Source: a virus (lineage: Duplodnaviria > Caudoviricetes). From it: DNA of 57,288 nucleotides. The position numbers and the translations under genes are program-made. Positions 39,176 through 46,888 of this stretch are shown here, one piece after another. The notes beneath the pieces are model-generated. The model ran no database searches and had not been told where the DNA came from. It saw only the letters and a program-made list of their open reading frames with translations. The first letter of the stretch is position 1. Each line of letters opens with the position of its first letter. The stretch spans positions 1-57,288 of the IMG/VR virus record IMGVR_UViG_3300020404_002135. The stretch is one strand, 5' to 3'.

Positions 39176-40260
39176 GAGACACAATTTTATACGGAGATTG
39201 TCGAGAGACACTCAAACAATTTGATGAACAGGCAAGGGTGTGTGTAACATCCCCACCTTACTATGGTTTACGTGATTACGGAACTGCTACTTGGATAGGT
39301 GGAGATCCTAATTGCGATCATAGAAAAAAGGGTAAGCAAGGTTCAAATTGTATTACTGGTCATAAAAATGCCGACATCATGGGTGGTGTTGGAGATTACA
39401 TATACAAAACAGTGTGCCCTAAGTGTGGTGCAGTAAGACAAGATGATCAAATCGGATTGGAAGAGACTCCAGAAGAGTACATTGATCAATTAGTAAACGT
39501 ATTTAAGGAGGTTCGCAATGTGCTTACAGATGATGGAACTTGTTGGGTTAATCTTGGGGATAGTTACTATAATTACAGACCTGGAAGAGGACAAGGATTG
39601 GTTAAGCAAAGTGTCTCTGCTACAAAACAAGACCTACCAGATGTGTGTCCTCGCAGAGGAAATAGACTCGAAGGACTTAAAGAAAAAGATCTTATTGGAA
39701 TCCCATGGATGTTCGCATTCGCAATGCGAGCAGACGGATGGTATCTAAGACAAGATATCATATGGCACAAACCTAATCCCATGCCCGAATCTGTACGCGA
39801 CAGGTGTACAAAAGCACATGAGTACATTTTTTTATTCAGTAAAAATAGGAAGTATCATTATGACAACGAAGCAATCAAAGAACCCGCAAAAGATTGGGGC
39901 ACTAGGAATCGCACTCAAGGCAAGTATCATAATCCTGGCACTGGTTTATCCCCTCACACAGGGTTAACTAAAAGTTATGCTACAAAAAATAAAAGATCTG
40001 TCTGGTCGGTAACAAATAAACCATACAAAGGTGCACACTTTGCTGTATTTCCACCTGAGTTAATCGAACCATGTATCAAAGCAGGAAGCGAGAAGGGAGA
40101 CATAATTTTAGATCCTTTCATGGGATCAGGTACTACTGGAATGGTAGCAAAACAATTAGGTAGAGATTACATAGGTTGCGAACTTAATGAAGAGTATGGT
40201 AAACTAATACAACAACGTGTGACAGATTACAAAGTGTCCATTATGGACATTGTTGGATGA
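39172..40260 (+). CDS. beta-class N4-C/N6-A DNA methyltransferase
   Basis: TSPPY (motif IV) before DPFMGSGTT (motif I); WHKPNPMPES, HFAVFP. Confidence 0.93.
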   Translation: MRDTILYGDCRETLKQFDEQARVCVTSPPYYGLRDYGTATWIGGDPNCDHRKKGKQGSNCITGHKNADIMGGVGDYIYKTVCPKCGAVRQDDQIGLEETPEEYIDQLVNVFKEVRNVLTDDGTCWVNLGDSYYNYRPGRGQGLVKQSVSATKQDLPDVCPRRGNRLEGLKEKDLIGIPWMFAFAMRADGWYLRQDIIWHKPNPMPESVRDRCTKAHEYIFLFSKNRKYHYDNEAIKEPAKDWGTRNRTQGKYHNPGTGLSPHTGLTKSYATKNKRSVWSVTNKPYKGAHFAVFPPELIEPCIKAGSEKGDIILDPFMGSGTTGMVAKQLGRDYIGCELNEEYGKLIQQRVTDYKVSIMDIVG

Positions 40261-40275
40261 ACACTCTGTTATAAT
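40221..40275 (+). promoter_or_regulatory. promoter with upstream palindromic box
   Basis: GACAGATTACAAAGTGTCCA at 40221; TGTTATAAT with -10 at 40270. Confidence 0.65.
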
Positions 40276-40301
40276 GAATATATAATTAAAAGGAAACTTC
40301 T

Positions 40302-40442
40302 ATGAAAATCAAAGTACAACTAATAGTAGCAGGAAAACTTTTTGATGAAGTAGTTAATGCTGCAAACTATGCTGACGCACAACAGGTTGCTCTTGCAAGA
40401 AACCCAAATGCAACTATTGTTTCTACAACAGCAGTACTTTAA
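40302..40442 (+). CDS. small hypothetical protein (46 aa)
   Basis: Manual ORF MKIKVQLIVAGKLFDEVVNAANYADAQQVALARNPNATIVSTTAVL; AAGGA SD. Confidence 0.75.
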   Translation: MKIKVQLIVAGKLFDEVVNAANYADAQQVALARNPNATIVSTTAVL

Positions 40443-40663
40443 TGGCTTTAACTCCCGAACAAAAAGAACTTAGAGCAATCGCAAGGTTCTATCAAGATTC
40501 TAAAATGGGATTTGCTACCAATGATGGATACTATGGAGTGCCATCAGATGGTAAAAAAATAGCAGTTATACATGATGGAGAAATCCTAAAATTTTGTCGC
40601 AATGAATCCTCTGCGAAAAATTTTGTACTACAACACAAAAAATCTAAGAAAAAGAAACAATGA
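40442..40663 (+). CDS. hypothetical protein
   Basis: ORF track; TAATG coupling to the previous gene. Confidence 0.7.
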   Translation: MALTPEQKELRAIARFYQDSKMGFATNDGYYGVPSDGKKIAVIHDGEILKFCRNESSAKNFVLQHKKSKKKKQ

Positions 40664-40857
40664 AAGAACAAGAAAGATGGGATCGAGGTAAAAGTTTGTT
40701 AATAGAATCATTATACAAACCAGATTCTAAGTTGCGTGGTTGTGCACATAATCAAGATTGTTTCAACGAATTGATAGCAATACGTGATGAAGTAATAGAG
40801 TATGTAAAATCTATGGAAAATCCATACTCTGTAACACCTCTTTCTAAGTGGAGATAA
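40660..40857 (+). CDS. hypothetical protein
   Basis: ESLYKPDSKLRGCAHNQDCFNEL; ATGA overlap. Confidence 0.7.
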   Translation: MKEQERWDRGKSLLIESLYKPDSKLRGCAHNQDCFNELIAIRDEVIEYVKSMENPYSVTPLSKWR

Positions 40858-40860
40858 CAT

Positions 40861-41208
40861 ATGGAAAAAGTGATTAAACCATGGGGACATTATGAAGTTT
40901 TATTGGATGAACCAAATTATAAAGTAAAAAGATTATACCTTAAACCAAATTGTGCATTTTCGTATCAATATCACAATTATAGACAAGAGTTTTGGGTTGT
41001 TGTACAGGGAGATGGAATAGTTATTGCAGATGGGTCTGAGTACGATGCAAAACCAAATCGCATATACGTTATTACGGAAACATCCCCACATAGAGCAAGG
41101 GCAGGGGATGAAGGAATGACTATTATTGAGACTCAAACTGGAGAGTGTAGAGAGGATGATATTGTAAGATTAATGGATGATTATGGGCGAGTAGGTACAA
41201 ACACGTAG
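40861..41208 (+). CDS. cupin, mannose-6-phosphate isomerase type II C-terminal-like
   Basis: KPWGHYEVL, SYQYHNYRQEFWVVVQG, HRA, IIETQTG, EDDIVRLMDDYGR. Confidence 0.85.
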   Translation: MEKVIKPWGHYEVLLDEPNYKVKRLYLKPNCAFSYQYHNYRQEFWVVVQGDGIVIADGSEYDAKPNRIYVITETSPHRARAGDEGMTIIETQTGECREDDIVRLMDDYGRVGTNT

Positions 41209-41339
41209 GTATAAATTTTTCTTAATATTATCAGGTTTTTTTAACATTTGATGCCTAAATATTTTCAGAATTAGGATAGACAAGATGCACTAAACCTTAT
41301 TCGTTATTCTTTTATTATACTATTCCTTGGAGACAATTA

Positions 41340-41483
41340 ATGCATAACTTAATTCCCTTTAATCAGTTAGCGGGTGAAAATAATGACCCTCATAACGATA
41401 AAATCACAGAGTACTACGAATGCTTAATTGACTGCGAAGATGATCATCACATCTGTAAACGTATCTGTAGGGAGGTTTTTTAA
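41340..41483 (+). CDS. small Cys/His-rich protein (47 aa)
   Basis: Manual ORF MHNLIPFNQLAGENNDPHNDKITEYYECLIDCEDDHHICKRICREVF; GGAG SD. Confidence 0.75.
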   Translation: MHNLIPFNQLAGENNDPHNDKITEYYECLIDCEDDHHICKRICREVF

Positions 41484-41538
41484 TTCAAAGATGATAAAGT
41501 ATCAGCATCCCCCTTAAAGAAAAATCTAATAACCTAAC

Positions 41539-41573
41539 AAACCCTTGACTTTTTTAGTTAAGGGTTTTATAAT
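41539..41573 (+). terminator. terminator hairpin overlapping a sigma70 promoter
   Basis: AAACCCTTGAC...GTTAAGGGTTTT stem; TTGACT(41545), 17 bp, TATAAT(41568). Confidence 0.75.
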
Positions 41574-41592
41574 TGGAGAAACAATTTACTAA

Positions 41593-41772
41593 ATGTTTAA
41601 TCCAGTGTCTTTTGTAAAAAATGTAAGAACATCCTACAGTAGATTCTTACAAAAAAACGTACAAGAAGTAGAAGTGCAATTTATGGATGAAGATCCTGCA
41701 TGGATTCCATATGACACACTGATCTCTATGTTATCAAAGTTTGGCATACAAGATGAGTATACAGAGACTTAG
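41593..41772 (+). CDS. small hypothetical protein (59 aa)
   Basis: Manual ORF MFNPVSFVKNVRTSYSRFLQKNVQEVEVQFMDEDPAWIPYDTL... Confidence 0.7.
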   Translation: MFNPVSFVKNVRTSYSRFLQKNVQEVEVQFMDEDPAWIPYDTLISMLSKFGIQDEYTET

Positions 41773-42271
41773 AGAGTTATTGATAGGAACATTTGATAAT
41801 AAACGACAGGCATACCAAAATCCTACATTCTATGCTCATATTAGACTAATACATAAAGATATTGGTAATAATTTGATATATGGAGAACAGGCATATACAT
41901 ATGAACAGGGTAGACCATATCGACAATTTATTATTGAACCTGTGATAGATGGGCAACTAATGAAAGTAAAAAACTATGATATCAAAGAAAAGAACAGATT
42001 TACTGGATTTAAAAATCTGGACAACATTACTCCAGACGATTTATATCATAACACTGGTTGTGACCTACTATTCAATCAAGTAGATTATAACACCTTTACT
42101 GGTGGTTTATATGGATGTGATTGCATGGTAAGAGACTCATACGTTCAAAGTAGAGTTCAAGTTACAACCACTACATATACTACAATAGATATTGGATACT
42201 CCAAAACTACAAATGAAAAAGTTTGGGGATCTGATTATGGACCTTTTGAATTTGATAGACTAAATGCTTGA
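41753..42271 (+). CDS. cpeT: CpcT/CpeT-type phycobiliprotein lyase
   Basis: GTFDNKRQAYQNPTFYAHIRL, EQAY, PYRQ, GCD, WGSDYGPFEF; start set at ATG 41753. Confidence 0.88.
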   Translation: MSIQRLRELLIGTFDNKRQAYQNPTFYAHIRLIHKDIGNNLIYGEQAYTYEQGRPYRQFIIEPVIDGQLMKVKNYDIKEKNRFTGFKNLDNITPDDLYHNTGCDLLFNQVDYNTFTGGLYGCDCMVRDSYVQSRVQVTTTTYTTIDIGYSKTTNEKVWGSDYGPFEFDRLNA

Positions 42272-42920
42272 CATTACAATAAAAGATAATTACTTTCTAG
42301 ACGTTGAACACGTAAGAGAACTTGGTATTAGAAATAGATCATGGAGAATTTCTGATAAACCTGAGACAGGACCAGGATGGAGAGGATTAAGATCTGAGAA
42401 GTTTAAGAAAATAGGTTATGGAAGTAACGAAGAATTATTACAGATAGAGAAAGATATATTTGATTTTATATGGGAAGAGAGAAAACTTAAAGATTGGAGG
42501 TATCCAAGTTGGGAGGAGGATTTTCCAAGTGACTATTATGAAATGTATGATTTAGAACAACCATCTGTAGCAAATTCTCCTTTGTTAGACCCTATGATTA
42601 CAACATATTTTCATAGGAGTCCTGCAAACACAGTTGATATGTTGTATGATTTTCATTCAGACAGATTTCATAAAGATTATCTATCGTGTGCAGGGGTTAT
42701 ATTTCTAAATCCAGATCCCCCACCTTTAACAGGAACTTCAATTCTGGATAGTCGTAACATTCAGTTTGTTAACGTAGAAAACGTGTATAATAGATTGGTA
42801 GCTTATGATGGATATAATATCCACGGTCTATCTGGATGCTTTGGAAATAGTCCAAAGACTGATAGACTAACTATAGTATTCTTTATACACGAAAAAGCAT
42901 TAGCGAAAGCATTTATCTAA
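42264..42920 (+). CDS. putative 2OG-Fe(II) oxygenase-like protein (DUF6445-like)
   Basis: IKDNYF, HKD, AGVIFLNP, GTS, NVYNRLVAYDG..IH, RLTIVFF. Confidence 0.7.
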   Translation: MLDITIKDNYFLDVEHVRELGIRNRSWRISDKPETGPGWRGLRSEKFKKIGYGSNEELLQIEKDIFDFIWEERKLKDWRYPSWEEDFPSDYYEMYDLEQPSVANSPLLDPMITTYFHRSPANTVDMLYDFHSDRFHKDYLSCAGVIFLNPDPPPLTGTSILDSRNIQFVNVENVYNRLVAYDGYNIHGLSGCFGNSPKTDRLTIVFFIHEKALAKAFI

Positions 42921-42922
42921 TT

Positions 42923-43945
42923 ATGACAAAAGCACTTATTACAGGTGGAGCAGGTTTTATTGCACACCATACAATCAGTTACTTATTAAAACATACTGAT
43001 TGGGAGATTATTACTCTTGATAGATTAGATTATAGTGGTAATCTTAATCGTCTGCACGACATTATGCTATCATTTGATCCTGATGTTAGAAAACGTGTAA
43101 AGATCGTACATCATGATCTTAAGGCAGAACTCAATCCATTGGTCTGTAGCGAAGTAGGACAAGTGGATTATATCTTACACTTGGCAGCAGGATCTCATGT
43201 AGATCGTAGTATAGATTATCCTATGGAGTTCGTCATGGATAATGTTGTAGGAACTGCTAACATCTTAGAGTTTGCAAGAAAGCAAGACAATCTTGAAAGA
43301 TTTGTTTATTTCAGTACAGATGAAGTATTCGGTCCCGCACCTAATGGTATCAAGTATAAAGAGAATGATAGATATAACTCTACTAATCCATACAGTGCGA
43401 CTAAGGCAGGTGCAGAAGAGTTAGCAGTGGCATATGAGAATACATATAAACTTCCAATATACATTACCCATACTATGAATGTGTTCGGAGAGAGACAGCA
43501 CCCAGAGAAGTTTATTCCTATGTGTATTAAGAGAGCAAGAGATGGAGAAGTTATAACAATACATAGCGATAAGACTAGAACAATTCCTGGTTCAAGACAT
43601 TATATACATGCTGAAGATGTTTCATCAGCAGTATATTTCTTATTACAATACAAAGGAACATTTTTACCAACTTGGGGAAATGCAAAGTGCCCTAAGTTTA
43701 ATATTGTAGGATCAGAAGAACTAAACAATCTTGAATTAGCACAGATTATTGCTGATGCACAGGGTAAAGAACTGAAGTATGAGTTGGTTGATTTCCATTC
43801 TTCAAGACCAGGACATGACTTGCGATATGCATTAGATGGTGGTAAGATGAGAGAACTCGGTTGGACACCTGCTAAGTCAGTTCGCGAACGCATAGCAGAG
43901 GTTACTAACTGGACACTTAACAACCAGAGGTGGATTAAACTATGA
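42923..43945 (+). CDS. NAD-dependent nucleotide-sugar dehydratase (dTDP-glucose 4,6-dehydratase-like)
   Basis: TGGAGFI, HLAAGSHVDRS, STDEVFG, YSATK, RPGHDLRYALD. Confidence 0.92.
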   Translation: MTKALITGGAGFIAHHTISYLLKHTDWEIITLDRLDYSGNLNRLHDIMLSFDPDVRKRVKIVHHDLKAELNPLVCSEVGQVDYILHLAAGSHVDRSIDYPMEFVMDNVVGTANILEFARKQDNLERFVYFSTDEVFGPAPNGIKYKENDRYNSTNPYSATKAGAEELAVAYENTYKLPIYITHTMNVFGERQHPEKFIPMCIKRARDGEVITIHSDKTRTIPGSRHYIHAEDVSSAVYFLLQYKGTFLPTWGNAKCPKFNIVGSEELNNLELAQIIADAQGKELKYELVDFHSSRPGHDLRYALDGGKMRELGWTPAKSVRERIAEVTNWTLNNQRWIKL

Positions 43946-44154
43946 AGGACAATAACATAACTCATGAAGAATTCAAGAGTGTTGCAGATGATTTTTTTCA
44001 AAAGTACGACTATGTTAAACAAAATATGGATGGTAGTACCGAAGATATCATAAAGGTTGTTAATACTATTTGCAATGAGGTTCATTCTCAAAAAGATAGT
44101 AAGAGTAGTTTTTCAGTAGGATTCGCAGGAGATTATGAAAAAGATTCTGTTTAA
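43942..44154 (+). CDS. hypothetical protein
   Basis: ORF track; ATGA overlap. Confidence 0.6.
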   Translation: MKDNNITHEEFKSVADDFFQKYDYVKQNMDGSTEDIIKVVNTICNEVHSQKDSKSSFSVGFAGDYEKDSV

Positions 44155-44470
44155 CATTAGAGAATTTGCGTGGATAGTAGCAGACGAAATCGCTGATTGG
44201 TTGTATCCATATAGGAACAGACTAACTCCAGAGGAAAGATTTGAAGTTAGGGTTAAAGAACCAATGACTGGTGAAATGTGGATGGTTGAGGAACTTATTC
44301 AACAAATGAATGAGAAGGTAGATAAGTTGCAAGATGATATGCTATATGTAAAAAATAAACTGGCAGAACATGAGAAATTACTTGAATTAAATCCAAAATT
44401 TAGAGTAAGAAAAGCAAGTGAAAGTTTCTCAGTTTCGGGATCAGTGCGGGGAAATGGTATAAATACTTAA
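44135..44470 (+). CDS. hypothetical coiled-coil protein
   Basis: ORF track; AGGAG SD. Confidence 0.65.
   Translation: MKKILFNIREFAWIVADEIADWLYPYRNRLTPEERFEVRVKEPMTGEMWMVEELIQQMNEKVDKLQDDMLYVKNKLAEHEKLLELNPKFRVRKASESFSVSGSVRGNGINT
44458..44465 (+). promoter_or_regulatory. T4 late promoter
   Basis: Exact TATAAATA upstream of the small basic ORF and ho1. Confidence 0.65.
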
Positions 44471-44494
44471 TTCACACCTTTAGAGGACAACGTT

Positions 44495-44623
44495 TTGGAG
44501 GACAAAAAAGCAGCCAAAAAGATTATCAAACTGGCAAAAAAACATCCTGAGTGGTATAGTGATAAGGATGTTTATTATGCTAAAATGATCAAAAAGAAAC
44601 TTAAGAAAAAGAAAAATGACTAA
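44495..44623 (+). CDS. small basic protein (42 aa, TTG start)
   Basis: Manual ORF MEDKKAAKKIIKLAKKHPEWYSDKDVYYAKMIKKKLKKKKND; GAGGA SD. Confidence 0.6.
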   Translation: MEDKKAAKKIIKLAKKHPEWYSDKDVYYAKMIKKKLKKKKND

Positions 44624-45296
44624 TTTTGCAAAACAACTTAAGGAAGGAACAAAGAAGTCTCATTCAGCAGCAGAGAACACTTCTTTTGTTAGATCCTTCC
44701 TGCGTGGAGTTGTGAGTCCAGATAACTATAAATGTTTAGTTTCGGATCTCTACTTTGTTTATAAGGCATTAGAGGAGCAGGTGTATGGGTTAAGATCTCA
44801 TCCTGTCGTAGGTAGTTTATATTTTCCAGAGTTAGAGAGAGTATTATCATTAGAGAAAGATCTAAATTATTATTATGGTTCTGAGTGGAGAACAAAGATA
44901 GAACCAAGTGAAGCATGTAAGAGATATGTTGCAAGAATACGTGAAGTCGCAGAAGATGAACCAGAATTACTAGTAGGACATCATTATACAAGATACTTGG
45001 GAGATTTGTCAGGAGGACAAATACTGAAGGGAATTGCAAAAAAAGCAATGAACTTGAATGAAGAAGGTCTTTATTTTTATGATTTTGAAAAAATTAAAGA
45101 TGCTAAGATTTATAAAGAAAAGTATCGCTCTGTATTAGACACGTTACCACTTACAGAATCTGAAAAAAATGCCATCATTACAGAAGCAAATTATGCTTTT
45201 AGATTGAATATGTATATGTTTGAGGAGTTGGAAGGTAACGCAGCTAAATCATTCTTCCAAATAATTATGGGAGTTATTTTTGGAGTCAAAAAATGA
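44616..45296 (+). CDS. ho1: heme oxygenase
   Basis: TKKSHSAAEN (heme-ligand His), HHYTRYLGDLSGGQIL, EANYAFRLN. Confidence 0.95.
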   Translation: MTNFAKQLKEGTKKSHSAAENTSFVRSFLRGVVSPDNYKCLVSDLYFVYKALEEQVYGLRSHPVVGSLYFPELERVLSLEKDLNYYYGSEWRTKIEPSEACKRYVARIREVAEDEPELLVGHHYTRYLGDLSGGQILKGIAKKAMNLNEEGLYFYDFEKIKDAKIYKEKYRSVLDTLPLTESEKNAIITEANYAFRLNMYMFEELEGNAAKSFFQIIMGVIFGVKK

Positions 45297-45448
45297 CTAA
45301 AGATTCATTAAAGATCAACAGAAATGAAGATGGATCTTTTACTGCAGAGTGGGATAAAAAAGACCCCGATTGGAATTGGTTAAATAATTTGACATCAAAA
45401 GAACTACAGCATGTATTTGAGCAAGCAATCAAAATGGATGGACAATGA
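45293..45448 (+). CDS. small hypothetical protein (51 aa)
   Basis: Manual ORF MTKDSLKINRNEDGSFTAEWDKKDPDWNWLNNLTSKE... Confidence 0.7.
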   Translation: MTKDSLKINRNEDGSFTAEWDKKDPDWNWLNNLTSKELQHVFEQAIKMDGQ

Positions 45449-45575
45449 GTTGCCAAAAGAAACAACTCATGGTAAAATAGATACCTACACCGAAAAAGAT
45501 TATTGGGAAGGTAAAGTCCCAGATGAATTATTTGAGGAGTATCTCCAAAAATATGGTTACGAATACACACCATGA
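45438..45575 (+). CDS. small hypothetical protein (45 aa)
   Basis: Manual ORF MDNELPKETT...DYWEGKVPDELFEEYLQKYGYEYTP. Confidence 0.6.
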   Translation: MDNELPKETTHGKIDTYTEKDYWEGKVPDELFEEYLQKYGYEYTP

Positions 45576-45670
45576 ATAACATAGGATTAGAGATAGTATT
45601 TTGGACAGTGCTATCAGTATATCTTTTAGCAAAGCTAGGAGTATTTAAAAAAACAACAAAAAGAAAGTAA
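45572..45670 (+). CDS. small single-TM membrane peptide (32 aa)
   Basis: MNNIGLEIVFWTVLSVYLLAKLGVFKKTTKRK; overlaps both neighbours. Confidence 0.6.
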   Translation: MNNIGLEIVFWTVLSVYLLAKLGVFKKTTKRK

Positions 45671-45903
45671 TGGCACTATCAGAAACAGTTAAATCATCAT
45701 TAAAAGATGCACAAGAGAATTTGAGAAATGCTCTTGCTTATGCTGCACGTACAGAGAAATCATTTGTAAGTAAACACATTGCTGATATGATGGCAAGTAT
45801 TGATAGCATTATAGATGCTAGTGAAGTAATTTCTAAGTTAGAAGAACGCAAAGATGGAGATAATGGTTTCTTTGGCACATTTTATAACAAAGACGATATA
45901 TAA
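45670..45903 (+). CDS. hypothetical protein
   Basis: MALSETVKSSLKDAQENLRNALAYAARTE; ORF track. Confidence 0.75.
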   Translation: MALSETVKSSLKDAQENLRNALAYAARTEKSFVSKHIADMMASIDSIIDASEVISKLEERKDGDNGFFGTFYNKDDI

Positions 45904-45977
45904 ATCTATAGTAATTGTAAAGAAATATTGGTTGGCATAGATAGTTATGTTATAATATCCTAACATACTAGAGACCA

Positions 45978-46196
45978 ATGTTTAACTTAGACCAAATTTA
46001 CGAAACTTATCTAACAAGCGACAAAAAATTTCGTATAGATGGTGTGGGGGAGAAAGTTATAGCATACGGATACAACTGCGATGGTGCTGACATAGTAGGA
46101 CACTATGTTACCACAGAAAATCACAAGCTTTTTTATGATTTACAAGGTGGACTTATCCGCAAAGAAACACTAGCAGTTGCAAATGCTGAACGATAG
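45978..46196 (+). CDS. hypothetical protein
   Basis: ORF track; extended -10 TGTTATAAT at 45948-45956. Confidence 0.7.
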   Translation: MFNLDQIYETYLTSDKKFRIDGVGEKVIAYGYNCDGADIVGHYVTTENHKLFYDLQGGLIRKETLAVANAER

Positions 46197-46204
46197 TGCT
46201 AAAT

Positions 46205-46212
46205 TATAAATA
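46205..46212 (+). promoter_or_regulatory. T4 late promoter upstream of cp12
   Basis: Exact TATAAATA, then AGGAGG SD. Confidence 0.7.
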
Positions 46213-46237
46213 GTAATGTAGGATATAGGAGGTCACT

Positions 46238-46465
46238 ATGAAAACTATTGAAGACCACATCCAAAAGGACAAGGATATTCTTGCCGATCCAAACACTTCT
46301 GAACCAATGCGACATCATATAGAAGATGAGTTGCACGATTTAGAAGAGTATGTTGAACATCATAAAGATGAGATCGAAGCAGGAGATCATCATGATCCAA
46401 ATGTACTAGAAGTATTCTGCGATGTCCACCCAGACGAACCAGAGTGTCTAGTATACGATGACTGA
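46238..46465 (+). CDS. cp12: CP12 Calvin-cycle inhibitor
   Basis: C-terminal EVFCDVHPDEPECLVYDD; no N-terminal Cys pair, as in picocyanobacterial and phage CP12. Confidence 0.93.
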   Translation: MKTIEDHIQKDKDILADPNTSEPMRHHIEDELHDLEEYVEHHKDEIEAGDHHDPNVLEVFCDVHPDEPECLVYDD

Positions 46466-46727
46466 TGAACCGAATACCTCTGAAGATGCGGTAAAATCTA
46501 ACAAACTTTTTAGTAGAAAGACTTATTTAAAACAATTTGAACCACCAACAGTTGATAAAGAATTAAATGGTGGGCAATCTCTTGCAAAAAATGTTAAGAA
46601 TGAATCCTCTACGTTTGTTAAAAAAGAGAGCACCAATCTGAGAAAGACCAAACCAAAAGAAATTGAGTGGGCACCTGTAGAATATACTAAAAGCACCACA
46701 AGAATGAGAAGATCTAAGACAGATTAG
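46458..46727 (+). CDS. hypothetical protein
   Basis: ORF track only. Confidence 0.5.
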   Translation: MTDEPNTSEDAVKSNKLFSRKTYLKQFEPPTVDKELNGGQSLAKNVKNESSTFVKKESTNLRKTKPKEIEWAPVEYTKSTTRMRRSKTD

Positions 46728-46772
46728 AAAGTGTCACAACCCCCTTTACAGGGGGTTTTTTAATGCTATAAT
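46718..46772 (+). promoter_or_regulatory. palindromic box + terminator hairpin + extended -10 promoter
   Basis: GACAGATTAGAAAGTGTCAC(46718); AACCCCCT-TTAC-AGGGGGTT-TTTT(46738-46761); TGCTATAAT with -10 at 46767. Confidence 0.7.
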
Positions 46773-46775
46773 ATA

Positions 46776-46869
46776 TGCAGGGAAACAGAACCAATGGTTT
46801 CGACCCACATACAGTGGAATAAGTCGAGTAATCTGGGCAAACCGCCCCATTCGGTTTTTGTTTCTCGCA
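46776..46869 (+). ncRNA. putative structured RNA leader (three-way junction)
   Basis: GGGAAACAGAACC/GGTTTTTGTTTCTC long stem enclosing AATG/CATT, TCGAC-CCAC/GTGG-GTCGA and GGGC/GCCC helices; folded by eye. Confidence 0.55.
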
Positions 46870-46888
46870 CCCAATTTACTAGGAGACA

